Shown one piece after another: positions 11,601 through 22,424 of a stretch of 64,000 bases of DNA. The DNA lies in contig CAMCXT010000011.1 in NCBI GenBank assembly GCA_945883545.1, positions 2,652 through 66,651 of the forward strand. Direction: 5' to 3'. The stretch is from Chitinophaga pinensis. GTDB taxonomy: Bacteria > Bacteroidota > Bacteroidia > M30B66. Position numbers and translations under genes: made by a program. Each line of letters starts with the position of its first letter. The stretch's first letter is position 1. The notes beneath the pieces are model-generated. The model was not told the DNA's origin. It made no database searches and worked only from the letters and a program-made list of their open reading frames with translations.

Positions 11601-11608
11601 AGCTTCAA

Positions 11609-12037
11609 TCAGGCTGTAGCTTCTTGGTAATCGCGACGAACTATGAATTTAGTTGTCACTGGTAATTTTTGAGATGCCAAACGGAGTGCTTCTTTAGCAA
11701 TATCCATTGGAACACCTTCAGCTTCAAAAATGATGGTTCCTGGTTTAACAACAGCTACCCAATACTCTGGGGAACCTTTACCTTTACCCATACGAACCTC
11801 TGCAGGTTTTTTGGTAATTGGCTTGTCAGGGAAAACCCGGATCCAGATCTGGCCTTCACGTTTCATGTAACGTGTTACCGCAATACGGGCAGCTTCGATC
11901 TGACGTGCAGTCATCCATACACCCTCCATTGCTTTTATACCAAAAGAGCCAAATGCCAACTCGTGTCCACGTGTTGCATTGCCCTTCATTTTCATTTTAT
12001 GCTGCTTCCTGTACTTGGTACGCTTCGGCTGTAACAT
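11609..12037 (-). CDS. rplP: 50S ribosomal protein L16
   Basis: 142 aa; [14 protein letters not shown]. Confidence 0.93.
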   Translation of the reverse strand: MLQPKRTKYRKQHKMKMKGNATRGHELAFGSFGIKAMEGVWMTARQIEAARIAVTRYMKREGQIWIRVFPDKPITKKPAEVRMGKGKGSPEYWVAVVKPGTIIFEAEGVPMDIAKEALRLASQKLPVTTKFIVRRDYQEATA

Positions 12038-12118
12038 GGAAAATCAGTTTTTCTGGATTCTTTTATTGCTTATTCCTTTAACTAGTAAACTTGTGAAAGC
12101 CTGCTATTTTGGGGACGG

Positions 12119-12148
12119 CAAAGATAGTAAGATGTTTTTTATTTGCAA
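12119..12148 (-). promoter_or_regulatory. putative Bacteroidota-type sigma-A promoter (TTG-N19-TAtcTTTG) inside the rpsC-rplP gap
   Basis: Minus-strand sequence TTGcaaataaaaaacatcttacTAtcTTTG; same -33/-7 architecture and spacing as the promoter-like element upstream of rpsL (19689-19718). Confidence 0.35.
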
Positions 12149-12243
12149 CAGCTAAACTCATTTTTTTTTAAAGTATTCTGGTAGTAAGCTTATTATTTCT
12201 CTGAATCTCAGTATTGACAAGGCTTTTAACTTTTCAGAATCTC

Positions 12244-12270
12244 AAAAAAAAAGAGGACGCTGTGTCCTCT
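12244..12270 (-). terminator. rho-independent terminator 25 nt downstream of rpsC stop
   Basis: 7-bp stem agaggac/gtcctct with 5-nt loop (12252-12270) followed on the minus strand by 9 T (A-run 12244-12252 on plus). Confidence 0.55.
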
Positions 12271-12294
12271 TCGGTTTTGTATGTTGATGCAGAA

Positions 12295-13059
12295 TTACTT
12301 ATTTCTGCTTCTACGGTCGCGATCTCCGCCACGGCGTGGACCACGATCCCGGTCGTTACGTTCGTTGCCACCTTGGTTGCCTGAGCCCCCTGTTTTTTGG
12401 GCTTGAAGACCGATATTAGGGCTCAAATCACGCTTGCCGTAAATTTCTCCTTTACAGATCCAAACTTTGATCCCGATACGTCCATATGTGGTATGTGCTT
12501 CTGCTAATGCATAATCGATATCGGCACGCAATGTATGAAGTGGTGTTCTACCTTCTTTATAGCCTTCTACACGTGCCATTTCGGCACCACCCAGACGACC
12601 AGAGATCTTACACTTGATACCTTCTGCTCCCATTCTCATTGTAGAAGCGATTGAAGTCTTCATTGCACGACGGAAAGAAATTCTTCCCTCTAATTGACGA
12701 GCAATTCCGTCTGCTACAAGACGAGCATCCAATTCAGGTCGTTTGATCTCGAAAATGTTGATCTGAACTTCCTTCTTGGTTAGCTTCTTAAGCTCTTCCT
12801 TCAACTTGTCTACTTCCTGACCACCTTTACCGATAATAATTCCCGGACGGGCTGTATTAATCGTAACTGTAACCAGTTTAAGGGTACGCTCGATCACGAT
12901 CTTTGATACGCCGGCTTTTACCAAACGAGCACTTAGATACTTGCGGATTTTATGATCCTCAACTAGTTTCTCAGTGAAGTTCTTTCCACCGTACCAGTTT
13001 GAATCCCAGCCGCGGATAATACCTAGGCGAAGACCGATCGGGTTTGCTTTTTGTCCCAT
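12295..13059 (-). CDS. rpsC: 30S ribosomal protein S3 (with RGG/RD-rich C-terminal tail)
   Basis: 254 aa; [25 protein letters not shown]-domain start; tail [31 protein letters not shown]. Confidence 0.93.
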   Translation of the reverse strand: MGQKANPIGLRLGIIRGWDSNWYGGKNFTEKLVEDHKIRKYLSARLVKAGVSKIVIERTLKLVTVTINTARPGIIIGKGGQEVDKLKEELKKLTKKEVQINIFEIKRPELDARLVADGIARQLEGRISFRRAMKTSIASTMRMGAEGIKCKISGRLGGAEMARVEGYKEGRTPLHTLRADIDYALAEAHTTYGRIGIKVWICKGEIYGKRDLSPNIGLQAQKTGGSGNQGGNERNDRDRGPRRGGDRDRRSRNK

Positions 13060-13091
13060 GTAAATTGTTGTATTGTCTTTTGAGAATAGGA

Positions 13092-13496
13092 TTAATTTGC
13101 TGCTACTTTAGTTCCAACAACCAAAGTAACGTGGTTTGAGCGCTTGCGGATTCTGTAACCACGACCTTGTGGAGCCGGGCGAAGACGCTTAAGTTGGCGA
13201 CCTCCATCAACTTTGATTTCAGTTACAACTACGTTGCTGTCTTCCAATCGCGCACCTTCATTTTTTGACTGCCAATTGGCAATCGCAGAAAGTAAAAGCT
13301 TTTCTAGACGACCAGCTGCATCCTTATTTGTAAACTTAAGGATAGACAACGCGCGGTCTACGTCCACACCACGAATTAGGTCTGCTACCAGACGCATCTT
13401 GCGCGGTGAAGTTGGACAATTATTTAGCTTGGCGAATGCAATTTGCTTGCGCTCTGCTTTCATCGCCTCAGCCATGTTTTTTTTACGAGATCCCAT
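13092..13496 (-). CDS. rplV: 50S ribosomal protein L22
   Basis: 134 aa; [22 protein letters not shown]. Confidence 0.9.
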   Translation of the reverse strand: MGSRKKNMAEAMKAERKQIAFAKLNNCPTSPRKMRLVADLIRGVDVDRALSILKFTNKDAAGRLEKLLLSAIANWQSKNEGARLEDSNVVVTEIKVDGGRQLKRLRPAPQGRGYRIRKRSNHVTLVVGTKVAAN

Positions 13497-13525
13497 TGTT
13501 TGTGAGAGATAAAGAACGTGAATGA

Positions 13526-13807
13526 TTATTTCTTCCCTTTGTCCTTACGATTGCCTGCATGACCACGGTAAGTACGCGTTGGAGCAAATTCTCCAAGCTT
13601 ATGTCCTACCATGTTCTCAGTTACGTAAACAGGGATGAACTTATTACCATTATGTACTGCAATCGTTTGTCCAACGAAATCCGGAGAAATCATTGAGCGA
13701 CGTGCCCAGGTTTTGATCACGGATTTTTTGCTTGAATCGATCATAGCTAAAACTTTCTTCTCTAGCTTGAAGTCGATAAAAGGTCCTTTTTTAAGCGAAC
13801 GGCTCAT
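13526..13807 (-). CDS. rpsS: 30S ribosomal protein S19
   Basis: 93 aa; [15 protein letters not shown]. Confidence 0.93.
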   Translation of the reverse strand: MSRSLKKGPFIDFKLEKKVLAMIDSSKKSVIKTWARRSMISPDFVGQTIAVHNGNKFIPVYVTENMVGHKLGEFAPTRTYRGHAGNRKDKGKK

Positions 13808-13835
13808 GTGTTGACAATATCAGTTGTTGAACAAA

Positions 13836-14660
13836 TTATTTTTTACGACGCTCAAGAATATACTTTGAACTTCTATTCTTAGGTGCACGTGTCTTGTATC
13901 CTTTTGCCGGAATACCTTTGCGGCTGCGTGGATGCCCTCCAGATGCGCGGCCCTCACCACCACCCATAGGGTGATCGACTGGGTTCATTGCTACACCACG
14001 AACTCTTGGACGGCGTCCTAACCAACGTGTTCTACCAGCTTTTCCAGAACGAACTAGACGGTGGTCTGAGTTACTTACTGTTCCAATTACAGCTAGGCAC
14101 GTATTTAAGATCAAACGAATTTCACCTGATGGCATGCGAATGATTGCATATTTTCCATCTCTAGCTTGAAGTTGTGCTGAAACTCCTGCGCTTCTTACCA
14201 AAACAGCTCCTTGTCCAGGGCGCATTTCGATATGATGGATCATTGTACCCAGAGGAATATCTTTCAGGAAAAGTGCATTGCCTGGTTCTACTGGTGCGTT
14301 TTCACCTGAAAGAACTGTACGACCCACTTCAAGTTTATCTGGAGCAAGAATGTATCTTTTTTCACCATCAACATATTGCAACAAAGCAATACGCCCTGAA
14401 CGGTTTGGATCATACTCGATCGTAGCCACTTTAGCTTCGATACCGTGCTTGTCTCTGCGGAAATCGATTAGTCGGTAACGTTGTTTGTTACCACCACCAA
14501 TATAACGCATCGTCATTTTACCAGAATGGTTACGACCACCTGATTTCTTGTTGCTTACTAGAAGCGATTTCTCTGGAGTAGACGTAGTAACATCAGAGAA
14601 AGTATCGGCAACCTTAAAACGGGTACCTGGAGTTATCGGATTGAATTTCTTAAGTCCCAT
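13836..14660 (-). CDS. rplB: 50S ribosomal protein L2
   Basis: 274 aa; C-terminal [17 protein letters not shown] motif. Confidence 0.93.
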   Translation of the reverse strand: MGLKKFNPITPGTRFKVADTFSDVTTSTPEKSLLVSNKKSGGRNHSGKMTMRYIGGGNKQRYRLIDFRRDKHGIEAKVATIEYDPNRSGRIALLQYVDGEKRYILAPDKLEVGRTVLSGENAPVEPGNALFLKDIPLGTMIHHIEMRPGQGAVLVRSAGVSAQLQARDGKYAIIRMPSGEIRLILNTCLAVIGTVSNSDHRLVRSGKAGRTRWLGRRPRVRGVAMNPVDHPMGGGEGRASGGHPRSRKGIPAKGYKTRAPKNRSSKYILERRKK

Positions 14661-14665
14661 GTCTA

Positions 14666-14956
14666 TCAGAGATTGCTATAAAAATCAATGGTCTCACCCT
14701 CTTTCAATGTCACGATAGCTTTTTTGCAGTTTCCTTTAAGCCCTGTATTGAAACCATTTTTGGTGTTTCGCATTTTAACTTTCCCAATGTAGCGTTGTGT
14801 ATTCACACGCTCAACTGTAACGCCATACATCTGTTGAATGGCTGTTTTGATTTGGAGCTTGTTAGCATCCTCATGAACCACAAAACCATAACGGTTAAGT
14901 TTTTCAGAAATGCCGGTCATCTTCTCCGTAATGATTGGTTTAACGATGATGTTCAT
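14666..14956 (-). CDS. rplW: 50S ribosomal protein L23
   Basis: 96 aa; [14 protein letters not shown]. Confidence 0.9.
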   Translation of the reverse strand: MNIIVKPIITEKMTGISEKLNRYGFVVHEDANKLQIKTAIQQMYGVTVERVNTQRYIGKVKMRNTKNGFNTGLKGNCKKAIVTLKEGETIDFYSNL

Positions 14957-14957
14957 T

Positions 14958-15590
14958 TCAGTTTTGGTTTAAGAGGTTTTCAATAGTCTTAACTGAACCT
15001 TCGAAAAGTACTACGTTGTTTGCATTTAAGATATCAAATGTGTTGATATCATTTGCAATTACAACCTTACTGTTTTGCAGGTTACGGCTCGACAAGTAAA
15101 TATTCTGGTTCAATTCAGGTATGATAACTAATGTTTTCTTACCAGTCAATTTTAAGTTACCTAAAATTGAAGTGAAACCTTTAGTAGATGGAGTATTGAA
15201 ATCGAAAGCTTCAATAAGTACGATACCGTTATCCTTTGCTTTGTAAGCTAAGGCTGACTTACGAGCCAACTGCTTAACTTTCTTATTCAAACGGAAGCTG
15301 TAATCGCGTGGTCTTGGTCCGAATATACGACCTCCTCCTACGAAAACTGGCGACTTGATGCTACCTGCACGTGCACCACCAGTACCTTTTTGACGCTTTA
15401 GTTTCTTTGTTGAATAAGATACTTCAGCTCTTTCTTTTGATTTGTGTGTCCCCTGACGACGGTTAGCAAGAATTTGCTTAACGTCCAGATAGATCGCATG
15501 ATCATTGGGTTCTATACCGAAGACTTCGCTATTTAGCGTCATCTTGCGGCCGGTTTCTTGACCGTTGGAGTTGTAGATTGCTAATTCCAT
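14958..15590 (-). CDS. rplD: 50S ribosomal protein L4
   Basis: 210 aa; order between rplC and rplW. Confidence 0.9.
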   Translation of the reverse strand: MELAIYNSNGQETGRKMTLNSEVFGIEPNDHAIYLDVKQILANRRQGTHKSKERAEVSYSTKKLKRQKGTGGARAGSIKSPVFVGGGRIFGPRPRDYSFRLNKKVKQLARKSALAYKAKDNGIVLIEAFDFNTPSTKGFTSILGNLKLTGKKTLVIIPELNQNIYLSSRNLQNSKVVIANDINTFDILNANNVVLFEGSVKTIENLLNQN

Positions 15591-15591
15591 G

Positions 15592-16209
15592 TTATTTCTC
15601 GAGCATTACGTATGAACCCTTCGGACCTGGCACTGCGCCTTGGATAACGATTAAGTTCTGTTCTGGGATAACTTTCAAAACCTCAAGGTTTTGAATTTTT
15701 ACACGGGAACCACCAGTACGGCCGGCCATACGCATTCCCTTGAATACACGCGATGGGTATGATGATGCACCAAGTGAACCTGGAGCTCTCAGTCGGTTGT
15801 GCTGACCGTGTGTAGCCATACCAACACCACTGAATCCGTGACGTTTCACAACGCCTTGGAAACCTTTACCTTTAGATGTTCCAATAACATCTACATATTC
15901 ACCTTCAGAGAACAATTCAACTGTTACCGTTTCTCCAAGAGTTCTCTCAGAGTCGAAGTGACGAAATTCAGCAATCTTTCTTTTGGGCGTTGTTGACGCC
16001 TTGCTGAAATGCCCTTTCATGGCAGCAGATGTGTGCTTCTCCTTTTTTTCTTCAAACGCCAGTTGAACAGCGCTGTAACCATCTTTTTCGATGGTTCTTA
16101 CTTGCGTAACTACGCAAGGACCAGCTTCAATAACTGTGCATGGTATGTTCTTACCAGCGGCACTGTAAAGACTAGTCATTCCGATTTTTTTACCTATGAT
16201 ACCTGACAT
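15592..16209 (-). CDS. rplC: 50S ribosomal protein L3
   Basis: ORF track gives 15592..16293, but the L3 homology starts at [13 protein letters not shown] (Met29). The upstream 84 nt would overlap the rpsJ 3' end, so start is set at 16209. Confidence 0.88.
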   Translation of the reverse strand: MSGIIGKKIGMTSLYSAAGKNIPCTVIEAGPCVVTQVRTIEKDGYSAVQLAFEEKKEKHTSAAMKGHFSKASTTPKRKIAEFRHFDSERTLGETVTVELFSEGEYVDVIGTSKGKGFQGVVKRHGFSGVGMATHGQHNRLRAPGSLGASSYPSRVFKGMRMAGRTGGSRVKIQNLEVLKVIPEQNLIVIQGAVPGPKGSYVMLEK

Positions 16210-16252
16210 TTTGTTGTATTGAGAGAAAAAACAAATTCTGAAATAAACAACG

Positions 16253-16558
16253 TCACACTTTGATTTCAACTTCAACTCCACTTGGAAGTTCAAGTTTCAT
16301 CAGGGCGTCTACAGTTTTAGATGTAGTTGAGTAAATATCCAATAGACGTTTGTAAGAACACAATTGGAATTGCTCACGCGCTTTTTTGTTAACGTGTGGT
16401 GAACGCAAAACGGTGTAGATCTTCTTGTTGGTTGGAAGTGGAATTGGACCACTCACAACTGCTCCGGTAGATTTTACCGTTTTGACAATTTTCTCAGCCG
16501 ACTTGTCTACGAGGTTGTAGTCGTACGACTTGAGTTTGATGCGGATTTTCTGGCTCAT
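16253..16558 (-). CDS. rpsJ: 30S ribosomal protein S10
   Basis: 101 aa; [18 protein letters not shown]. Confidence 0.93.
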   Translation of the reverse strand: MSQKIRIKLKSYDYNLVDKSAEKIVKTVKSTGAVVSGPIPLPTNKKIYTVLRSPHVNKKAREQFQLCSYKRLLDIYSTTSKTVDALMKLELPSGVEVEIKV

Positions 16559-16576
16559 GTAGAGTATAAAGAACGA

Positions 16577-18679
16577 TTAAACTTTTGCTTTGCCTTTTGA
16601 TTTTGCAATTACATCATCAGCAACTTGACGAGGAGCTTCAGCGTAATGCGAAGGTTCCATAGTTGATGTTGCACGACCTGAAGAAATTGTACGAAGTGTA
16701 GTCACATATCCGAACATTTCGCTCAAAGGAACTTTTGCACGGATTACTTGTGATCCAGCACGACTGTCCATTCCTTCTAGTTGACCACGACGCTTATTCA
16801 AGTCGCCGATGATATCACCCATGTAGTCTTCTGGTGTAAGTACTTCAACCTTCATGATTGGCTCAAGAAGAACTGGTTTTGCTTTTGGAAGTGCTTCACG
16901 GAATGCTGAACGAGCACAAATTTCAAATGAAAGTGCATCGGAGTCAACTGCGTGGTATGAACCGTCAGTTAAGCGAACTTTCAAACTATCCATTGTGTAT
17001 CCGGCAAGTACACCATTTTGCATGGCCGACTTAAATCCTTTTTCAACCGATGGAATGAATTCGCGAGGAACGTTACCACCTACAACTTCATTTACGAACT
17101 GCAGACCTTCTTTGCCTTCATCTACAGGCCCGATGGTTACTACGATGTCAGCAAATTTACCACGACCTCCTGATTGCTTCTTGTAAACCTCACGGTGAGT
17201 AACTGTACCGTTGATGGTTTCTTTGTAGTTAACTTGAGGAGCTCCTTGGTTACACTCAACTTTGAACTCGCGTTTCAAACGGTCCATGATGATTTCCAAG
17301 TGAAGCTCACCCATTCCTGAGATGATAGTTTGTCCTGTTTCTTCGTCTGTACGTACACGGAAAGTAGGATCCTCCTCAGAAAGCTTGCTAAGTGCCATCC
17401 CCATTTTATCAACATCAGCCTGAGTTTTTGGCTCGATAGCGATACCGATTACTGGTTCAGGGAAGTTCATTGCTTCAAGAACGATAGGGTTCTTTTCGTC
17501 GCAAAGGGTATCTCCTGTTTTGATGTCTTTAAAACCTACAGCAGCTCCGATATCACCAGCTTCGATGTAATCGATTGAGTTCTGCTTGTTCGCATGCATT
17601 TGGAAGATACGGCTGATACGCTCCTTGTTTCCACTTCTAGTATTAAGCACATATGAACCTGCGTCCAAACGTCCAGAATATGCACGGAAGAAACATAAAC
17701 GACCTACGAATGGGTCAGTAGCAATTTTGAAAGCCAGTGCAGTGAAAGGATCTTTCACATCAGGACGGCGAACAACTTCAGCACCAGTATCAGGATTTGT
17801 ACCTACGATGTTTTCTTTGTCCATCGGGCTAGGCATAAGTTCCATAACAAGATCGAGCATGGTTTGAACACCCTTGTTCTTGAAAGCAGAACCACATAGC
17901 ATTGGAACAACTTTGTTTGCTACGCAAGCCTTACGAAGTGCACTAAGAATTTCTGCCTCAGTTAACGATTCAGGATCTTCGAAGTATTTCTCCATAAGAT
18001 TTTCGTCGAATTCAGCAGCAGCTTCAAGAAGTTTCTCTCTCCACTCTCTTGCTTCTTCAACCATGTCGGCAGGAATTTCAACCACTTCATAGGTCATACC
18101 TTTGTCGTGCTCATTCCAAACCATTCCTCGCCAGTTGATCAAATCTACTACCCCTGTGAAGGTTTCTTCTGCACCAATAGGTAGCTGAAGAGGAAGTGGA
18201 TTACCACCAAGAACTTCTTTAACTTGTTTAACTACGTTAAGGAAGTCGGCACCTTGACGGTCCATTTTATTTACAAACCCAAGACGGGTTACATTGTAAT
18301 TGTTAGCTAATCGCCAGTTTGTTTCTGACTGTGGTTCCACACCATCTACAGCAGAAAACAAAAATACAAGACCATCAAGCACACGCAATGAACGATTCAC
18401 CTCCACCGTAAAGTCAACGTGACCTGGCGTATCGATGATATTCATTTTGTAGTTGTTGTCGCGGTAAGTCCAAAAGCAGGTTGTAGCCGCTGATGTAATG
18501 GTTATACCTCTTTCTTGCTCCTGAACCATCCAGTCCATGGTAGCAGCACCGTCGTGCACTTCACCAATTTTGTGATTTACACCGGTGTAATAAAGGATAC
18601 GCTCGGTTGTGGTAGTCTTACCTGCATCGATGTGTGCAGCAATACCAATGTTACGCGTAAATTTAAGATCGTGGCTCAT
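16577..18679 (-). CDS. fusA: translation elongation factor G
   Basis: 700 aa; [19 protein letters not shown]1 motif, DTPGHVDF G3 motif. Confidence 0.95.
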   Translation of the reverse strand: MSHDLKFTRNIGIAAHIDAGKTTTTERILYYTGVNHKIGEVHDGAATMDWMVQEQERGITITSAATTCFWTYRDNNYKMNIIDTPGHVDFTVEVNRSLRVLDGLVFLFSAVDGVEPQSETNWRLANNYNVTRLGFVNKMDRQGADFLNVVKQVKEVLGGNPLPLQLPIGAEETFTGVVDLINWRGMVWNEHDKGMTYEVVEIPADMVEEAREWREKLLEAAAEFDENLMEKYFEDPESLTEAEILSALRKACVANKVVPMLCGSAFKNKGVQTMLDLVMELMPSPMDKENIVGTNPDTGAEVVRRPDVKDPFTALAFKIATDPFVGRLCFFRAYSGRLDAGSYVLNTRSGNKERISRIFQMHANKQNSIDYIEAGDIGAAVGFKDIKTGDTLCDEKNPIVLEAMNFPEPVIGIAIEPKTQADVDKMGMALSKLSEEDPTFRVRTDEETGQTIISGMGELHLEIIMDRLKREFKVECNQGAPQVNYKETINGTVTHREVYKKQSGGRGKFADIVVTIGPVDEGKEGLQFVNEVVGGNVPREFIPSVEKGFKSAMQNGVLAGYTMDSLKVRLTDGSYHAVDSDALSFEICARSAFREALPKAKPVLLEPIMKVEVLTPEDYMGDIIGDLNKRRGQLEGMDSRAGSQVIRAKVPLSEMFGYVTTLRTISSGRATSTMEPSHYAEAPRQVADDVIAKSKGKAKV

Positions 18680-18701
18680 AGCACTTATCTGGTAGGTTTA
18701 C

Positions 18702-19169
18702 TTAGAATCTGAAATGTGAGAATGCCTTATTGGCTTCCGCCATACGGTGAGTATCTTCTTTCTTCTTGTGCGCAGATCCTTCACCTTTGCTAGCTGCAAC
18801 AATTTCTCCAGCAAGTTTCATTGCCATAGATTTTTCATTGCGTTTGCGAGCGTACATGATTAACCACTTCATACCAAGTGCGGTACGACGGTCAGGACGA
18901 ATTTCCATTGGAATTTGGAAAGTAGCACCACCAACTCGGCGGCTTTTTACTTCAACTGCTGGACTAACGTTCTCCAATGCTCTTTTCCATACTTCATGGC
19001 CATTCTCTTCGGTGCGTTTTGCAACGATATCGACTGCATCGTAGAAAAGTTTGAAGGCAATACTTTTTTTGCCATCATACATCATGTTGTTTACGAAACG
19101 TGTAACAACAGGGTCTCCGAAGCGTGGATCCGGTAGACGGGGAATTCGTTTGGGTGTGGATTTTCTCAT
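18702..19169 (-). CDS. rpsG: 30S ribosomal protein S7
   Basis: 155 aa; MRKSTPKRIPRLPDPRFGD. Confidence 0.93.
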   Translation of the reverse strand: MRKSTPKRIPRLPDPRFGDPVVTRFVNNMMYDGKKSIAFKLFYDAVDIVAKRTEENGHEVWKRALENVSPAVEVKSRRVGGATFQIPMEIRPDRRTALGMKWLIMYARKRNEKSMAMKLAGEIVAASKGEGSAHKKKEDTHRMAEANKAFSHFRF

Positions 19170-19195
19170 GTGATTGCTATGCTGAGATCTTCAGA

Positions 19196-19621
19196 TTATT
19201 TTTTCTTGCCGCCTTTTCCACCTTTACCTGCTGCTGCAGCTGGTTGACCTGGTTTAGGACGCTTTGTTCCGTATTTTGAACGACGTTGGTTACGACCTTC
19301 AACACCCGATGTATCGAGCGCTCCACGTACGATGTGATAACGTACACCTGGAAGATCTTTTACCCTTCCACCGCGAATAAGCACGATTGAGTGCTCTTGT
19401 AGGTTGTGGCCTTCACCTGGAATGTAGGCGTTAACTTCTTTTGTATTAGTAAGACGAACACGCGCTACTTTACGCATCGCTGAGTTTGGCTTCTTTGGGG
19501 TTGTAGTGTAAACCCGTGTACAAACTCCACGGCGCTGAGGACATGAATCCAATGCTGGACTCTTACTCTTAGTGGCGTTAGGCGTGCGGCCTTTACGTAC
19601 AAGCTGCTGAATGGTAGGCAT
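19196..19621 (-). CDS. rpsL: 30S ribosomal protein S12 (with Lys/Gly-rich C-terminal extension)
   Basis: 141 aa; [30 protein letters not shown]; tail [19 protein letters not shown]. Confidence 0.93.
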   Translation of the reverse strand: MPTIQQLVRKGRTPNATKSKSPALDSCPQRRGVCTRVYTTTPKKPNSAMRKVARVRLTNTKEVNAYIPGEGHNLQEHSIVLIRGGRVKDLPGVRYHIVRGALDTSGVEGRNQRRSKYGTKRPKPGQPAAAAGKGGKGGKKK

Positions 19622-19688
19622 GCTTTACTGCTTGATTATGTTGTGATTATCTTATTAAAACGGTCTACTCGCCCGAATTTTGGGAGCG

Positions 19689-19718
19689 CAAAGATAGGAA
19701 GTAGTTTTAATTAACCAA
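19689..19718 (-). promoter_or_regulatory. putative Bacteroidota-type sigma-A promoter for rpsL superoperon (TTG-N19-TAtcTTTG)
   Basis: Minus-strand TTGgttaattaaaactacttccTAtcTTTG about 65 nt upstream of rpsL ATG; matches published Bacteroidota -33 TTG / -7 TAnnTTTG consensus. Confidence 0.4.
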
Positions 19719-19991
19719 CTGATAGTTAGATTTTTTTTTCAATGATTCTGTCCTTTTTTTTCTGAATAAACTTTCTTTGTCCTGCATTGATCCATTTTTA
19801 TTAGGTATTCAGTGTGTTTTTGCGCTTTGATTTGTGCATTTCACAAAGAAACATGCTTACGGGTGTGTATTGATTTATGTTCCTGATATGTTAAAATTTC
19901 TCCTTCGGGTTTCAATTTTGGCATGTGGTGGTTGATAAAATTAATAAGCCATTTCCCGAACTTTCACCTTGCGCTTGATTACTTTTGCCCA

Positions 19992-22361
19992 ATGAAGCGT
20001 GATTTCCTTAGTGAATTAAACCCCATTCAACGGCAAGCTGCCGAAACCACCGATGGCCCTGTGATGATTATAGCTGGTGCTGGATCAGGCAAAACCCGCG
20101 TGCTCACCTATAGAATCGCAAACTTGCTTCACAAAGGAGTAGACTCATTCAATATTTTGGCACTTACCTTCACCAACAAGGCCGCTCGTGAAATGAAGGA
20201 GAGGATCAATCATTTGGTGGTTGGTACTGAAGCGCGAAACCTTTGGATGGGCACATTTCACTCTATCTTCGCAAGAATACTTCGAGCAGAAGGCGAACGA
20301 CTAGGTTATCCCTCAAATTTCACAATTTACGACACTGAAGATTCAAAAGGACTGATCAAGAACATCCTTTCAGAACTTCAATTGGATGATAAAATCTATA
20401 AACCATCGCTTGTACTCAGTCGGATTTCATCAGCGAAAAACAACCTGATTTCATCGCGAGAATATAGCAGCCATGCGCAAATCCTTGATGAAGATCGCCA
20501 AAGTGGAAAGCCCAAGCTTGGTTTAGTTTATGAAACCTACGACAAACGTTTGTTTAAGTCGTCAGCAATGGATTTTGATGATTTGTTGTTCAAAACCAAC
20601 GTCCTATTAAAGCAGTTTCCAGAAGTACTATATAAGTATCAACAGAAATTCAAGTTTATTCTGGTTGATGAGTATCAAGATACCAACTTCAGTCAATACT
20701 TGATTGTAAAAAAACTCTCTGCCATGTACCAAAACATTTGTGTTGTTGGTGATGATGCACAGAGTATTTATGCCTTCCGCGGAGCGAATATTCAGAACAT
20801 TCTCAATTTTGAAAAAGACTATCCTGAGCTGAAAGTTTTTAAACTAGAGCAGAATTATAGGTCAACCAAAACCATCGTAGAAGCAGCAAATTCGGTGATT
20901 CGCAACAACAAAGACCAATTGAAGAAAGTTGTATGGACCGATAATAACGATGGTGAAAGAATCCGTTTGATGCGCGCTGGTTCCGACAACGAAGAAGGAA
21001 ATATTGTTGCCAATAGCATTCTTGATTTACGGATGCAACATCAATTGCCGAATAAAGACATTGCCATTCTTTACAGAACGAATGCTCAAAGTCGTGCAAT
21101 GGAGGAAGCACTTAGAAAACGAGGTATCCCTTACAGAATTTATGGAGGATTGTCGTTTTATAAACGCAAGGAAATTAAGGATCTTCTTGCTTACTTCAGG
21201 CTTACAATTAATTCTGCAGATGAAGAAGCGCTTAGAAGGGTGATCAATTATCCAGCGCGTGGAATTGGTAAAACTACCTTGGAAAAGCTAGTTGTAGCTG
21301 CAGATCAGAACAATGTAAGCATCTTCGAAATCATCGAAAACTTAGATCAATACCGAATTTTATCGGGTGCAACAGCCCAGAAAATCGGTGAATTTGTGAT
21401 GATGATCAGAAGCTTCCGACATGGACTCACAACAAGCAATGCCTACGATTTGGCAATGCATATTGCTCGATCATCTGGTTTGTTAAAAGAGCTTGGTGTG
21501 GACAAAACACCGGAAGGAGTCTCAAAGCATGACAATGTGATGGAACTCCTCAATGGTATTCAAGAATTCGTGGATACGCCGCCTGAAAGTGATGATGAAG
21601 TTGCCGAACGCACGTTAGATGTTTTCATGCGCGATATTGCCTTGCTTACAGATGCAGATGAAAAAGACGACGAAGACACGAACAAAGTGACCATGATGAC
21701 GATTCATGCAGCAAAAGGGCTAGAATTTAAAGCTGTATTCGTGGTTGGCTTGGAAGAGAATCTTTTCCCATCGCAGTTGGCTCTAAACTCTAGAGAGGAA
21801 CTTGAGGAAGAACGCCGTTTGTTTTATGTAGCGATCACTCGAGCTGAGCAATTCCTTACCATCACCTATGCGACTAGCCGATACCGCTGGGGAAAAATTG
21901 ATTTTTCTGAACCAAGCCGGTTTTTAGAAGAAATAGACCAGAATCTGCTCGAACTTCCTCCAGAACCTCAGCAAGGAAAGAGTTTTATGAATTTCGAAGA
22001 TGAACGATTAGGATTTGGAGGATTTACAAGCCGACAAAATTCCGTTTCATCATTTAAACCGAGAGAGAAAACAGAAACTGGCTTTGCGCCAAAATCTCCT
22101 ACAAGCCCTTCCTCATCTGGGTTTCAGTCCAAGCCCAAGTTAACATCTGCCTCACAAGCGATATTAAAACCAGGTTTTGAAGCCGACGATCTTTCTAAAC
22201 TTACCGAAGGAATGCAAGTTGAGCATGAGAAGTTTGGTAAAGGGAAAGTTATTCATGTGGATGGCCGACCGGGTGAAAAAAAGGCGACAGTACTTTTTGA
22301 GGTAGCAGGACAAAAGCAATTATTGCTTAAGTTTGCAAGACTTAAAATTATCAAAGCCTGA
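19992..22361 (+). CDS. ATP-dependent DNA helicase, UvrD/PcrA/Rep family
   Basis: ORF 19923..22361; helicase homology starts at MKRDFLSELNPIQRQAAETTDGPVMIIAGAGSGKTRVLT (Walker A), DEYQDTN motif Ia/II, VGDDAQSIYAFRGA, later helicase motifs. Confidence 0.85.
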   Translation: MKRDFLSELNPIQRQAAETTDGPVMIIAGAGSGKTRVLTYRIANLLHKGVDSFNILALTFTNKAAREMKERINHLVVGTEARNLWMGTFHSIFARILRAEGERLGYPSNFTIYDTEDSKGLIKNILSELQLDDKIYKPSLVLSRISSAKNNLISSREYSSHAQILDEDRQSGKPKLGLVYETYDKRLFKSSAMDFDDLLFKTNVLLKQFPEVLYKYQQKFKFILVDEYQDTNFSQYLIVKKLSAMYQNICVVGDDAQSIYAFRGANIQNILNFEKDYPELKVFKLEQNYRSTKTIVEAANSVIRNNKDQLKKVVWTDNNDGERIRLMRAGSDNEEGNIVANSILDLRMQHQLPNKDIAILYRTNAQSRAMEEALRKRGIPYRIYGGLSFYKRKEIKDLLAYFRLTINSADEEALRRVINYPARGIGKTTLEKLVVAADQNNVSIFEIIENLDQYRILSGATAQKIGEFVMMIRSFRHGLTTSNAYDLAMHIARSSGLLKELGVDKTPEGVSKHDNVMELLNGIQEFVDTPPESDDEVAERTLDVFMRDIALLTDADEKDDEDTNKVTMMTIHAAKGLEFKAVFVVGLEENLFPSQLALNSREELEEERRLFYVAITRAEQFLTITYATSRYRWGKIDFSEPSRFLEEIDQNLLELPPEPQQGKSFMNFEDERLGFGGFTSRQNSVSSFKPREKTETGFAPKSPTSPSSSGFQSKPKLTSASQAILKPGFEADDLSKLTEGMQVEHEKFGKGKVIHVDGRPGEKKATVLFEVAGQKQLLLKFARLKIIKA

Positions 22362-22424
22362 TTATTGCGCTTTTCTTAGCAGCAATTTTAGAAGATCTCT
22401 TCACCTTTCAGGCACTCGAACACT

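Noticed and set aside
16210-16293. N-terminal 28-aa extension of rplC in the ORF track
   Set aside because: L3 homology begins at [11 protein letters not shown]. The extension would overlap the rpsJ coding 3' end, and its sequence ([28 protein letters not shown]) is unlike any L3.
16559-16576. Absence of tuf between fusA and rpsJ
   Set aside because: Not a deletion. In Bacteroidota tuf sits in the secE-nusG cluster, and the str and S10 operons are contiguous as seen here.
19923-19991. 23-aa N-terminal extension of the UvrD-like helicase ORF
   Set aside because: Helicase homology (Q-motif/Walker A) starts at the Met at 19992. The extension is Trp/hydrophobic-rich and sits in the divergent promoter region.
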